A DNA stretch of 64,000 nucleotides. Source: Nigerium sp. GTDB lineage: Bacteria > Actinomycetota > Actinomycetes > Propionibacteriales > Propionibacteriaceae. The stretch lies in assembly GCA_016711325.1 (NCBI GenBank), contig JADJTH010000005.1, positions 7,524 to 71,523 of the forward strand. Direction: 5' to 3'. The position numbers and the translations under genes are program-made. Below, piece after piece: positions 53,784 through 63,641 of the stretch. The first letter of the stretch is position 1. The number at the start of each line of letters is the position of its first letter. The notes under the pieces were generated by a model that ran no database searches, was not told the DNA's origin, and saw nothing but the letters and a program-made list of their open reading frames with translations.

Positions 53784-54845
53784 TCACGGCGCGACCGGAG
53801 CCCGGGGCGAGCCGGGAGCCTGCTCGACGCGGAGGTCCATGCCGGCCAGCGCATGGCTGAGGCCACGGTGGTGTCGGCTGCGCCAAGCGGCGACGAGAGT
53901 AAGGAGGACGAACGGCGCGACCGCCCGGCCGAGCGACTCGACGCCGCTCAGCACGATGTAGCCGCCGATGCCGGACGTCAGCTTGACCGCGCGCGCCCAC
54001 ACGACGCGGTCGTGGGTGGGCACGGGCTCGAGTTGGACGGCGGCCTCGCCGAACGTCCGACCGCGACGCATCACCCACCAGGACTCCAACGCGAGCGCGG
54101 GCACGGTCGCGAGCAGTGTTTCGACGATGAGCGGCAGCTCGGCGAACGGGATCCCAAGGACGTATAGTGCGACGGCCCGCCACCCGACCGTCAGGCCGCC
54201 CCCGACCACGGTGGCCAGCGCGGCGTCCGTCAGCATGCCGATGAGACGGCGTCCGAGCGTGACCTCGGTGACCGCCGTCAGCGGCCGGGCGGGCCCGAGC
54301 AGGCGCACGATCGGGATCGTCAGCACCGATCCGATGACGGCACCCGAGGTGTTCAGGATCAGGTCGTCGACGTCGAACACACGATAGGCGCAGGGGAAGT
54401 AGCCCCAGATCCCCGTGCGCTGAGTCAGTTCGATCGCGAGCGAGATCGCGAACCCGATGAATCCGGCGACAACGACTCCACGACGGAGCAGAGTCCGCAC
54501 GAAGTAGCCGAGCGGGATGAACAGCACCACATTGAAGAGCGCCTGGAACGCCGGAAGGCTCCGCCAGAAATTGCGGCCCGCGGCAAGGATGTCGTGCACG
54601 AACGCGAAGGGGCGAAGGTTCGTACCCGCGCAGCCGAAATCGTCGGATTCGGGCAGTGGAACCAGCGTGTACGTCCACAGAGCGACGCCGTACACGGCGA
54701 CGGCCAACAGCGTGACGACGTCGACGAACCGGAGGCGTCCGGCTTTGCGGTAGCGCAGGACGGCGAACGGCACGAAACCGGCGATCGCGAGCAGGCTGCC
54801 GAGAAGGAGCGCGATCCAGGTGCTCGGGCCGAACTGACTGAACAT
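53784..54845 (-). CDS. VanZ-like / RDD-domain membrane protein
   Basis: 353 aa from ATG 54845 (RBS AAAGGA; the ORF is open to 54893). VanZ-like NVVLFIPLGYF...IELTQ. The C-terminal half is RDD-like with multiple TM segments. Confidence 0.75.
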   Translation of the reverse strand: MFSQFGPSTWIALLLGSLLAIAGFVPFAVLRYRKAGRLRFVDVVTLLAVAVYGVALWTYTLVPLPESDDFGCAGTNLRPFAFVHDILAAGRNFWRSLPAFQALFNVVLFIPLGYFVRTLLRRGVVVAGFIGFAISLAIELTQRTGIWGYFPCAYRVFDVDDLILNTSGAVIGSVLTIPIVRLLGPARPLTAVTEVTLGRRLIGMLTDAALATVVGGGLTVGWRAVALYVLGIPFAELPLIVETLLATVPALALESWWVMRRGRTFGEAAVQLEPVPTHDRVVWARAVKLTSGIGGYIVLSGVESLGRAVAPFVLLTLVAAWRSRHHRGLSHALAGMDLRVEQAPGSPRAPVAP

Positions 54846-55079
54846 CGAAGGTGTCCTTTCGGGGGCGTCCGCTCGTGAGGTAGTGGCGCTCAACGGTAGG
54901 GCCGGCCGGGTGGGATCGGGTGGGTATGCGGGTGTCTGGACGCCTCGTGTCGCCTCGGACGCCCTTGCCCTCAGCGTTCAGGCCATCGACGACCACGACG
55001 GCGGGGGCGCCCGCGCGGGTTGGTGACGTTCACAGGTGCGCTGCCGCGCAACCACGAGGTCATCGCCGCGTGACCGTGA

Positions 55080-55766
55080 TCACGGCGCCAGCGTTCCGAT
55101 GAGGGTGGCCGTCCCCATGGCGGCAACGCCGATGAGGAGCGACCGCGCGACGGAGCGCAGGACGCGAGTGCGGGTGAGTCGGGACAAGACCACCGACGTG
55201 AGGGTGAGCGAGATCACGACGCCCAGCAGTTCGGAACCACCGAGGAAGGCGCGCGGGGCAAGGATGGCGATGAGCACGGGCACGAGCGCGCCGAGGAGGA
55301 AGAAGGCGCCGGAGCCGAGAGCCTCGGTGAATGGCCTGCCCACCGTCATGATGTCGTGGATGCCATACTCCGTCTCCAACTGCGCTGTCAGGGCGTCCGC
55401 GGCGCTGAGTTCCTCCGCGACCTTCCGGGCGGTCCCGGGCGTGAGCCCCTTGTGCTGGAAGTGCTGGGCGAGCTCGGCCATCTCCTCTTCAGGGCTGAGT
55501 TCGAGCAACCGCTGCTCCTCGCGGATCAGGTCCTGCTGGACCTCGCGCTCGGCGGCCTCTTCGCTGTACTTCACGCCCGCGACGGAGACGGCGCCGGCGA
55601 TGGCCGCGAGTGCGACGATGGTGCCGATCGACTGCGTCGTGGTGAGGCTCAGACCCTCGGACAGGCCCGCGATGGCGAGGACGCCGTCGTTGGTGTCGGC
55701 GACCCGCGAGCGCACGTAGTCGGGCGTCAGGCGGCTACGCCACGACCCGGGCTCGCGTGCGGTCAT
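55080..55766 (-). CDS. VIT1/CCC1-family iron/manganese transporter
   Basis: 228 aa from ATG 55766. DTNDGVLAIAGLSEGLS...EREVQQDLIREEQ...ELSPEEEMAEL... Confidence 0.85.
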   Translation of the reverse strand: MTAREPGSWRSRLTPDYVRSRVADTNDGVLAIAGLSEGLSLTTTQSIGTIVALAAIAGAVSVAGVKYSEEAAEREVQQDLIREEQRLLELSPEEEMAELAQHFQHKGLTPGTARKVAEELSAADALTAQLETEYGIHDIMTVGRPFTEALGSGAFFLLGALVPVLIAILAPRAFLGGSELLGVVISLTLTSVVLSRLTRTRVLRSVARSLLIGVAAMGTATLIGTLAP

Positions 55767-55894
55767 GGGCCGAAGGTAGCGTCTTTCGCAGGTCGTTTGC
55801 TCGGTCGTGACTCCAGTGGCCGTAGGGGCCTCACGAGTTCGGCATGACGGTGGAGTGGGCGTCGGTGGCCTCGACCCGCGAGCAGGCGATAGTA

Positions 55895-55911
55895 TGTGCA
55901 TATGTTGCACA
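55895..55911. promoter_or_regulatory. palindrome TGTGCA-N5-TGCACA upstream of the IclR gene
   Basis: Read directly (GATAGTATGTGCATATGTTGCACACC). The same motif recurs at 59470-59486. Confidence 0.5.
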
Positions 55912-55948
55912 CCTGCGGCCAGGTGGTGTGCGCGACCGAGGAGTTGAC

Positions 55949-56710
55949 GTGACGCAGACCGTGCAGCGAGCCATCGACATCTTGGAGTTCTGCAGTGCCA
56001 GACCCCGCAAGCTCACCGAGATCGCCGAGACGTGCGGGGTGCATCGCACCACGGCCCTGCGGATTGTCCAGACCTTGATGGCTGGAGGTTTCGTCCGCCG
56101 TGACGACCGTGGCCTGTACGGTGTCGGATTCCGGTTGGCGGCATTGGCCGACTCGGCCTTGCGCCAGTTCGATCTGCGAACGGTGGTGCATCCGTGGATC
56201 GTCGAGTTGAGTGAGCGGCTCGGTCAGACGGTTCAGTTCGCGGTGCCGGACGGAGACCGGGTCGTCTATGTCGACAAGATCGAGCCGCCGAACTCGATCC
56301 ACCTCGATACCCGCATCGGGGGCCACGTGGTGGTGCAGACGGCGGGTGTCAGCAAGGCGATCCTGGCCTTCTTGGATCCGGACCGGCGGGAGTCGATCCT
56401 GCGCCACGTCGACTTCGTCCGGTTCACCGACTCCACCATCACCTCGAAGGACGCCTTCCTCGCGCGCCTGGAGGAGGTGCGCCAGAACGGTTGGGCCTAT
56501 GACGACGGCGAGTACGAGGCCATCTCCAATTGCGTGGCCGCGCCGGTGTGGGATTACGCAGGCACACCCGCCGGCGCAATCTCCATCACCGCTTTGAAGG
56601 CTCAACTGGATCTCTCCAGCCTCAAGTCTCTACTGCCCGATCTGTTGGAGACCACCCGCGCCGTGTCAACCGAGTTGGGTTGGCGGCCGGAGTTGACCCT
56701 GCCGACCTAG
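55949..56710 (+). CDS. IclR family transcriptional regulator
   Basis: 253 aa from GTG 55949 (RBS GAGGAG). TVQRAIDILEFCS...LTEIAETCGVHRTTALRIVQTL... followed by an IclR effector domain. Confidence 0.9.
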   Translation: MTQTVQRAIDILEFCSARPRKLTEIAETCGVHRTTALRIVQTLMAGGFVRRDDRGLYGVGFRLAALADSALRQFDLRTVVHPWIVELSERLGQTVQFAVPDGDRVVYVDKIEPPNSIHLDTRIGGHVVVQTAGVSKAILAFLDPDRRESILRHVDFVRFTDSTITSKDAFLARLEEVRQNGWAYDDGEYEAISNCVAAPVWDYAGTPAGAISITALKAQLDLSSLKSLLPDLLETTRAVSTELGWRPELTLPT

Positions 56711-56786
56711 GCGGGCGCCGGGCTTGTCGAAACCCTTGCCTGACGGGTCTCGACAAGCACGTTGCGCGACAGCCGGTTCCCTGGGA

Positions 56787-57212
56787 TCAGACGTCGGGAT
56801 CGAGAAGGGCGCCGAGGCGCAACAGGACGTTGCCGAAGCGCCGCGTATCCCCCGTGACAATGGCCAGAGCCAGATCTCGGGATCGAGCCAGTGCGTAGAA
56901 CTCCTCTCGCTGGACGTGCTCGACCGGCTGCCGGAGAAGGCCGGCGATGTGGTCCTGGAGCGGGCTGGGCAGTGCGTCGGCGCTGGGCTGCATCAGCGTT
57001 GCATGCTCGACGACCACGGTTGCCTGCACGGCCTGCAGAACCTCGGGGATGGTGGGTTTTCCTGCCGTGAGGTTGAGGAAGACGGTGCGGGCATTCGGGC
57101 CGACGCAGGTCGCCGCGGCGTAGTGGATGTCGGTGATCAGAACCGTCGACTTGTGGCCCGCCCTGGCGAGGGCGGCGATGACGTCGGGATGGGTGATGGT
57201 CCCGCGGATCAT
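56787..57212 (-). CDS. RbsD/FucU family sugar mutarotase/pyranase
   Basis: 141 aa from ATG 57212 (ATGA overlap with the SDR stop). MIRGTITHPDVIAALARAGHKSTVLITD. Confidence 0.85.
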   Translation of the reverse strand: MIRGTITHPDVIAALARAGHKSTVLITDIHYAAATCVGPNARTVFLNLTAGKPTIPEVLQAVQATVVVEHATLMQPSADALPSPLQDHIAGLLRQPVEHVQREEFYALARSRDLALAIVTGDTRRFGNVLLRLGALLDPDV

Positions 57213-57967
57213 CGGAGGTACTGTCCGCCGTTGATGTCGATGACGGTGCCGGTGACGAAGGCGGAGCCGTCCGAGGCCAACCACTCGACCACGCTGGCGA
57301 CGTCATCGGGCCGCCCGGCGCGTCCGACCGGGATCGTTTCGATCGTTGCTGCCTTGGATGCCGCCGTGGTGAACGTGTCGTGGAAGGGGGTCGCTTCGAT
57401 GAAGCCAGGTGCCAGCGCGTTGACCGTGATTCCCCGGTCGGCCACCTCGCGCGAGAGTGCGCGGGTGAAGCCGAAGATTCCTGCCTTCGACGTCGCGTAG
57501 GCCAGCGCGCCGGGGTGGCCGCCGGTGTGTCCGGCGAGGGAGGCGACGTTGATGATCCGGCCGTGATCGGTCGAGATGGACGGCAAGAGGTGCTGGGTCA
57601 TCAAGAACGTGGTGTCGAGATTCACCGCCAGGACCTGGTGCCACAGGTCGAGGTCGAGTTGGCGCAGGGTGGCCCGCTGCACGAGCCCGCCCACGTTGTT
57701 GACCAGGATGTCGAGCGTCCCGAACGTTTCTCGCACCAAGGCGGCGACGTGCGCGACCTCGGTCGGTGAGGTGGCGTCCACGGCGACGGCGAGCGGGTCG
57801 CCTTGGGCGGAGAGTTGGTCCAGAAGCTCCTGGTCCGGCTCGTGGCTGCGGTAGGTGATGGCGACTCTGGCTCCGGCCCGGGACAAGGCAAGGGCGATGG
57901 CGCGGCCGATCCCGGTGCCGCCGCCGGTGACAAGGGCCGTCCGGTTGGTCAAGGTGAGTGATGTCAT
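57209..57967 (-). CDS. SDR family oxidoreductase
   Basis: 252 aa. ALVTGGGTGIGRAIA...NNVG...YATSKAG catalytic motif. Confidence 0.92.
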   Translation of the reverse strand: MTSLTLTNRTALVTGGGTGIGRAIALALSRAGARVAITYRSHEPDQELLDQLSAQGDPLAVAVDATSPTEVAHVAALVRETFGTLDILVNNVGGLVQRATLRQLDLDLWHQVLAVNLDTTFLMTQHLLPSISTDHGRIINVASLAGHTGGHPGALAYATSKAGIFGFTRALSREVADRGITVNALAPGFIEATPFHDTFTTAASKAATIETIPVGRAGRPDDVASVVEWLASDGSAFVTGTVIDINGGQYLR

Positions 57968-58031
57968 GGCTGAGGTCTCCAATGCTGAGTGGTCTGAGTG
58001 GTCTGGTGCTGTGCCGCGTCCGCGTCGGGGG

Positions 58032-59398
58032 TCACGGGAGCGTCGATGAAGATGGCTGGACCAATGCGTTGCCTTCGGGCCGGCGGTTGGCATACGCGTA
58101 GCCGATGATCGCGGTCAGGGCCAGGCAGCTGGCGAGGAACGTCAAGGCGACCTTGTCGCTGCCGGTCGCCTGCTTGATGAGCCCGACGACGTAGGGAGAG
58201 ACGAAGCCGCCGATGTTGCCGAGGGAGTTCATCAGGCCGAGGCCGGCGGCGGCCGTGGCGCCGGCGAAGACCGCGGAGGGGATGGAGAGGAAGGGGGCAA
58301 TCGCGGAGAAGATGCCGATGGCACCGACGGTGAGGCGATCATGGCCAGCGCGGCGCTGACCGGCAGCAGATAGGCGGCACCGAGGAGCCCAACGGCGGCA
58401 GTGCCCAGGCTGATGGCGGCATGCAGTGCGGGACGGCCGGTACGGTCCGCGCGGCGGCTCCACCAGTAGACGAACGGGATCGAGACGAGGTACGGGATCA
58501 TCACCAACCACCCGAGCGTGCTGTTGCTGGTGACGCCGAGGTTCCGGACGATGGTCGGCAGCCAGAAAGCCAGCCCGTAGATGCCGCAGACCATGCCGAA
58601 GTTCAAGAACCCGTAGATCCAGGCGCGGCGGTCCGTGAGTCCGCCCAGGGAGGCATGACCATGCTGCGCTTCCTTGCTGGCGAGTTCGGCGTCCATGACG
58701 GTCGTCAGCCAGGCGCGCTCGTCCGGCTGCAGCCAGGTTGCGTCTTGCGGGCGGTCGGTGAGCAGCCGCGGGGCCAAGATGCCGAGCACGACCGCGGGAA
58801 GGCCCTGGATGAGGAACATCCACTGCCAACCGGTCAGACCCCAGATGCCGTCCATGCCGAGCAGCAGACCCGACAACGGCGCGCCGATGGCGTTGGCCAC
58901 GGGTTGAGCCATGACGAAGAGTCCGAGCACCGCCACTCGCTGGGCAGTCGGGATCCACAACGTGAAGTAGAACAGCACGGCAGGAAAGAACCCGGCCTCC
59001 GCGGCGCCGAGCAGGAACCGAATCACGTAGAAGGACGTCTCGTTCCACACGAGCATCATCGCCGTGGCCATGACGCCCCAGCTGATCAGGATGCGGGCGA
59101 TCCAGCGCCGTGCGCCGAACCGGTGCATGCCGGCCTGACTCGGCACCTCCAGCAACACATAGCCGATGAAGAAGATGCCGGCACCGAGCCCGTAGATGGC
59201 ATCACTGAAACCGAGATCGGATTGCAGCTCCGCCTTCGCGAAGCCGATGTTGTTGCGGTCGATGTAGGCGATCAGATACAGCAACACGATCAGCGGCACG
59301 ATTCGCCAACGCACCTTGCGCAGCGTTCGATCCGCCAGGGATCCGGGGACAACCGCACCCGGGACGGGAACCTGCCCCTTCGAACTGATATGGGCCAT
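58032..59398 (-). pseudogene. MFS transporter (anion:cation symporter family, sugar-acid type) with a single-base frameshift
   Basis: Starts at ATG 59398 (RBS GAAGGAG). The reading frame changes near 58334-58336: ...LLPVSAALAMIA / LTVGAIGIFSAIAPF... continues in the next frame to the stop at 58032. Confidence 0.8.
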
Positions 59399-59455
59399 CG
59401 GGAACTCCTTCGCGCTCCATTGCGCTCGCACCTGCGAGGTGATGCGATCGTAGTA

Positions 59456-59486
59456 TGTGCTGCACAGGCTGTGCAAGAGATGCACA
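59456..59486. promoter_or_regulatory. two GTGCA/TGCAC palindromes upstream of the MFS-SDR-FucU operon
   Basis: TGTGCTGCACA (59456-59466) and TGTGCA-AGAGA-TGCACA (59470-59486). The second has the same architecture as 55895-55911. Confidence 0.5.
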
Positions 59487-59641
59487 GGGGCAATTTCGTG
59501 CGAGTTCGGTGCGACGCGGCGGTCGTCCCGAGGGGGAGTGCGGCCGGCTGTCTCCGCTGCCCGTGGCCCTGGAGCTCGTCGGCCGCTCCCGGGGGAGGGT
59601 CAGCGTGTACTTCGTGTGCTCGGGCCGGCACGGTTGGATAT

Positions 59642-59733
59642 TGCGCTCGGTCAGAGCCACTGTTCCGCTGGTGGGTGAGCCAGTGTTCCGGTGACCGGTG
59701 GGCCACTTCGACGGGGTTGGGTGAGCCGTGGCG
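59642..59733. repeat. IS21 terminal inverted repeat (istB-side end)
   Basis: TGCGCTCGGTCAGAGCCACTGTTCCGCTGGTGGGTGAGCCAGTGTTCCGGTGACCGGTGGGCCAC...GGGTGAGCCGTGGCG. Its near-identical reverse complement is at 63362-63450. Confidence 0.8.
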
Positions 59734-59774
59734 ACGTCAGGGGCGGGCCTTGATGGCCCGTCCCTGACGCTTGG

Positions 59775-60520
59775 TCACTCCAGGTGGGTGAAGTGCTTGC
59801 GCATGGAGTCGTCACAGTCGAGGACGGTGGCGTGCGCGTTGGTGGTGATCCGGTCGACGATCGCGTCGGCGAGGATCTTCTCCTCCATCTGGTCGTGCCA
59901 CTGCCCGGGTGGCAGTTGGGTGCAGTAGATCGTCGAGGCGGTCTTGTGGCGCCGGTCGATGAGGGTATGGAGCTGCTGGACTTGTGGCCGGGTCGGTGGC
60001 GTGAGGAACCAGTCGTCGATGATCAACAACTCGACCTTTGACGAGGGTGTCGAGGCAGCGTTTCTTGTCGCCGGTGCGTTCGGCGATCGTGATCCGGTCG
60101 AACAGTTCCCCGGCCGACAGGTAGAGGACCTTGCGGTATTGCTGGCAGGCCTTGTTCGCCAGGGCGCAGGCGACGTAGGTCTTCCCGGCTCCGGTGGGTC
60201 CTTGCAGGATGACGTCTTGGCGTTTGAGCAGGTAGGAGCCGACAGCCAGCCGAGCGATCAGTTCGCTGTCGACGCTGCGGCCGGGCATGGCCTTGAGGTC
60301 GGCCAGATCGGCTCCGGGTTGCGCCAGGCCTGCTTGCCGGGCGGAGCCGGTGCAGCTTGCTGTCGCGCCGTCTCTCGTATTCCCAGTCGACGGCCTGTTT
60401 GACCAGCTCGGGGCCGGTCATGGTGGCCGCGGTGGGGGTGTCGGCGAGGTTCTCGAAGTACTCGGCCATCCCGGACAGGCGCATCATCTTGAGCCGGGTG
60501 AGGGTTTCGATGTCGATCAT
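59775..60520 (-). pseudogene. istB: IS21 helper ATPase IstB with two frameshifts
   Basis: Three frame segments: MIDIETLTRLKMMRLSGMAEYF...KLHRL / ARQAGLAQPGADLADLKAMPGRS...GPTGAGKTY...LDTLVK / LLIIDDWFL...RKHFTHLE. Breaks near 60337-60350 and 60033-60040. Confidence 0.85.
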
Positions 60521-61332
60521 GCTCGGCTCCCGTAGTAGTCGGCGCCGCGCACGAACCCGGCGTCGCCCAGCGATGGCGCGGGGGTGGTGCGGCGGGTGTC
60601 CAGCCGGCCCACAGCTTCTTGATCAGCGTGTACGACGGGGCGGGGGTGGCTGCCAACGCTCGACTGCAGGTGTCCTCGAGGCGGGCGATGCCGCCGGGCT
60701 CTTGGCCAGCGACATCACCCCCAGACACGACCGGTAGGACTGCTCGACGATCTTGCGGGACGCGAGGATCGCCCGGATCGCGGCCACCGTGTGGGGGCCG
60801 ATGGTCGAGGCCCACTGCTCGAACCGTTCCGGGGTCCAGTCCACGAGCTGGCTGCGATGCTGCTCGGGCATGTGCGCGGGCAGGGTGGAGTACCGGCCGA
60901 ACACGCCGGTGAACCGTGGATGCGACGCGACGCGCTCCAAGCCGTCGAACACCTCCACGGTGGCCGAAGTGAGCCGGACATCCAAGGACTGCCCGATCAG
61001 CCGGGCGGGGACCGAGTAGAAGTTCCGATCGACCTGGACGTGGTAGTTCGGTCCCGCCTTGGCCTTGCGGAGGTCCGCCAGTTCGAACCGGACCGGTGGT
61101 AGCGGGATCAGCAGTGGTTTCTCGTCGCGTTCGAACACCATCAGGCGGGAGTCCTCCCGCTTCTGGAACGGTCGGGCGTTGATGGCGGCGACCTCGTCGA
61201 AGATGGCCTCGTTCAACTCGGCCAACCCGACGAACTGCCGGTTGCGGAGCACCGCGGCGACCTGCCCGGCGACGAACCGGACACTGCCTTCGACGACCGC
61301 GGGTCCGCTGAAGGTTTGGTTGACCTCCGGGT

Positions 61333-62217
61333 TTATGCCGCCAGTGTAGCGGTTGGTTTCATGATGAGTTCGAACTCGACGGGGGTGAGTTTCCCGAGCC
61401 GGCGTTGACGGCGTTTGCGGTGGTACTTCCCCTCGATCCAGGACACGATCGCCAGCCGTAGTTCCTCTCGTGTGCTCCAGGACCGTCGGTCGAGGACGTT
61501 CTTCTGCAGGAGCGCGAAGAACGACTCCATTGCCGCGTTGTCACCGCATGCCCCCACGCGGCCCATGGAGCCGGTCAGGCCGTGGCGTTTGAGGGCCTTC
61601 AGGAAGCGTCTGGAGCGGAATTGGGACCCGCGGTCGGAATGCACGATCACCCCGGTGGGCCGGCCTCGGTGGGCCACTGCCATCTCGAGCGCGTTGACGG
61701 CGATCCGGGCCTTCATCCGCGAGTCGATCGAGTAGCCGACGATCCGGTTGGAGAACACGTCCTTGATCGCGCACAGGTAGACCTTGCCCTCGCGGGTGCG
61801 GTGCTCGGTGATGTCGGTCAGCCACAGCGTGTTGGGGCCCTCGGCGCTGAACTGCCGGTTGACCAGGTCGTCGTGGACGGGCGCGCCGGCTTTCTTGTAG
61901 CGGGTCTTGCGCGTGGTGAACACCGATTGGATGCCGGCGATCCGGCACAGCCGCCAGACTCTGCGCTCCGAGAGTGTGTACCCGAGCTCGGTGATGTCAT
62001 CGGCCAGGACGCGGTAGCCGCCCTCCGGGTCATCATCGTGGAGCTGATGCAGCACGGCGATCAGCTCACGCTCTTCGGCCTCGCGGGCCGAGACCGGCTG
62101 CTTGAGCCACTTGTAGTAGCCCTGCTTGGAGAATCCCAACACCCGACACGCGACCGCCACCGGCACCCTCACGGGGGCACCGACCGCGGCCATCTCCTTC
62201 ACGAGCGGGTAGATCAT
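61333..62217 (-). CDS. IS3-family transposase OrfB (DDE integrase core)
   Basis: 294 aa. WLTDITEH...VHSDRGSQFRS...CGDNAAMESFF... (DD35E pattern). Confidence 0.85.
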   Translation of the reverse strand: MIYPLVKEMAAVGAPVRVPVAVACRVLGFSKQGYYKWLKQPVSAREAEERELIAVLHQLHDDDPEGGYRVLADDITELGYTLSERRVWRLCRIAGIQSVFTTRKTRYKKAGAPVHDDLVNRQFSAEGPNTLWLTDITEHRTREGKVYLCAIKDVFSNRIVGYSIDSRMKARIAVNALEMAVAHRGRPTGVIVHSDRGSQFRSRRFLKALKRHGLTGSMGRVGACGDNAAMESFFALLQKNVLDRRSWSTREELRLAIVSWIEGKYHRKRRQRRLGKLTPVEFELIMKPTATLAA

Positions 62218-62507
62218 TTTGGGGCGTGATGTGAGCCTGCGACAGATACGCCGCCGCTCGCCGTAGGACCTCGTTCTCCATCTCCAACTCGCGGATCCGG
62301 CGTAACGCCTGGGCCAGTGTCCTTGCGCTGCTCAGGATCGGTGGTCGGGGTCATCCCGTGGGACTGGAAGCGAGCGTCGCGGACCCAGGCTTGGAGGGTA
62401 GTTTTGGCCATCCCCATGTCCTTGGCGACCTGCTTCTGCGGGATGCCTGAGGCGACAAGCGCGACCGCGTCGCGCTTGAACTCGTCGGTGTAAGCGATCT
62501 TCGGCAT
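62214..62507 (-). pseudogene. IS3-family OrfA (HTH), frameshifted
   Basis: MPKIAYTDEFKRDAVALVASGIPQKQVAKDMG...DPEQRK, then the leucine-zipper part (ALAQALRRIRELEMENEVLRRAAAYL) is in another frame (break near 62314-62325). The frame relation to orfB is also off by one at the A/C run near 62217-62224. Confidence 0.65.
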
Positions 62508-63361
62508 GGATGCCATCCTTTCAGCACGACCCTTTCGAGGGAGTCATGCGGTCTTGGAGTCAACCAAACCTTCGGCAGTCCCGTCCGCCAACCGCGCGTA
62601 CGCCGGGTTCAACGCCGGCTCGTACCGGTCCGACCTGGACACCCCGGTACGCAGGTTGTCCGGGACGAGGAGCCGGCCGACACCCCCGAAATGCTCGAAC
62701 GCGTGCACGTGCGCGTCGATCCACGACCCCAACGTCATGTCGGGCAAGGCCTCCACATAGGAGTAGGCCGAGTACGACAACGCGGCCACGAACACCCACG
62801 CCTGCCTCAGTTCGCCGGTCAGCGGGTCGGCGAACACCATCGGATCGCCGGCCCAGTCGACCTCGACCGACTCGCCCGGGCTGCGTTGGATCCGCATCGA
62901 CGCCCCCGTCGACTTCACCACCGGCGGTACTGTTCGTTGAAGAACGAGTACTGGTACGGCACCTCGCCGGTGGCGCGGCACTTGGCCACGTACTCGTTCC
63001 ACAACACCAGCAGTGTCACCGACGGCCGTCCCAGCCCCGGTGCACATACTCGAAATCTGGTGCGGCCCGGTCCGAGTCCGGTTTGGCCGGCTCCGGCAGC
63101 AACAGGGTGCGGACCTCGTCAGCCCCGAGGTCCGCCACCTGCCTGAACCCGACACCGGCCGAGTCCGCCGCAGTGAACACCGCCGCCACCGTGTTACGCG
63201 AACACCCCAACGCGTCAGCAATCCCGCGCTGGCTCACACCCTCGGCACGGAGCCTGAGGATCTGTTTGTAGTCGACCATGACGGACGACTCCTCTCGTCA
63301 ACGCCCGTGCCCCAGCGGCACGAACGCCGACGAACGTTCCACACGCGCAGACCAGCACCGG

Positions 63362-63450
63362 CGCCACGGCTCACCCGGACCGTCACGGTGGCCCACTGGT
63401 CACCGGAACACTGGCTCACCCACCAACGGAACAGTGGCTCACCCAGCGCA
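63362..63450. repeat. IS21 terminal inverted repeat (istA-side end)
   Basis: Reverse complement of 59642-59733 with a few mismatches. Ends ...CACCCAGCGCA and is followed by ATAT. Confidence 0.8.
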
Positions 63451-63641
63451 ATATGCAACGAACGACCTGGCGTGCCGAGCTGCATCCGTGCACCGCGACT
63501 TCGCGCCGCTTCGTGAGATGCTCGGCGCGATCGTCACGACGGCCGTTCCGCCGGCGGAGCGCGACGCCGCCTGGCGCGCCGCCGAACGCGCTCGTCTCTC
63601 GTTCCCGACCCGTGCCACAGACCAGGACGAGGAGTAGGACG

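Larger units (their letters stand above)
61309..62573 (-). mobile_element. IS3-family insertion sequence nested inside istA
   Basis: About 1.27 kb. Imperfect terminal IRs TGAAGGTTTGGTTGACCTCC (61309-61328) and GGAGTCAACCAAACCTTC (62556-62573). orfA and orfB lie inside. No clear target duplication. Confidence 0.85.
60517..63279 (-). pseudogene. istA: IS21 transposase IstA, disrupted by an IS3 insertion and at least 4 frameshifts
   Basis: N-terminus MVDYKQILRLRAEGVSQRGIADALG. Catalytic region VEVDWAGDPM... C-terminus ...LGDAGFVRGADYYGSRA, with its stop overlapping the istB ATG. Frame breaks near 63033-63040, 62913-62925, 60699-60703 and 60580-60584. IS3 occupies 61309-62573. Confidence 0.8.
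59642..63450 (-). mobile_element. IS21-family insertion sequence (istA-istB), degraded and carrying a nested IS3-family element
   Basis: About 90-bp terminal inverted repeats start TGCGCT.../...AGCGCA, each holding 3 GGGTGAGCC-type subrepeats. Flanked by ATAT on both sides (59638-59641 and 63451-63454). istA and istB homologs lie inside. Confidence 0.85.
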
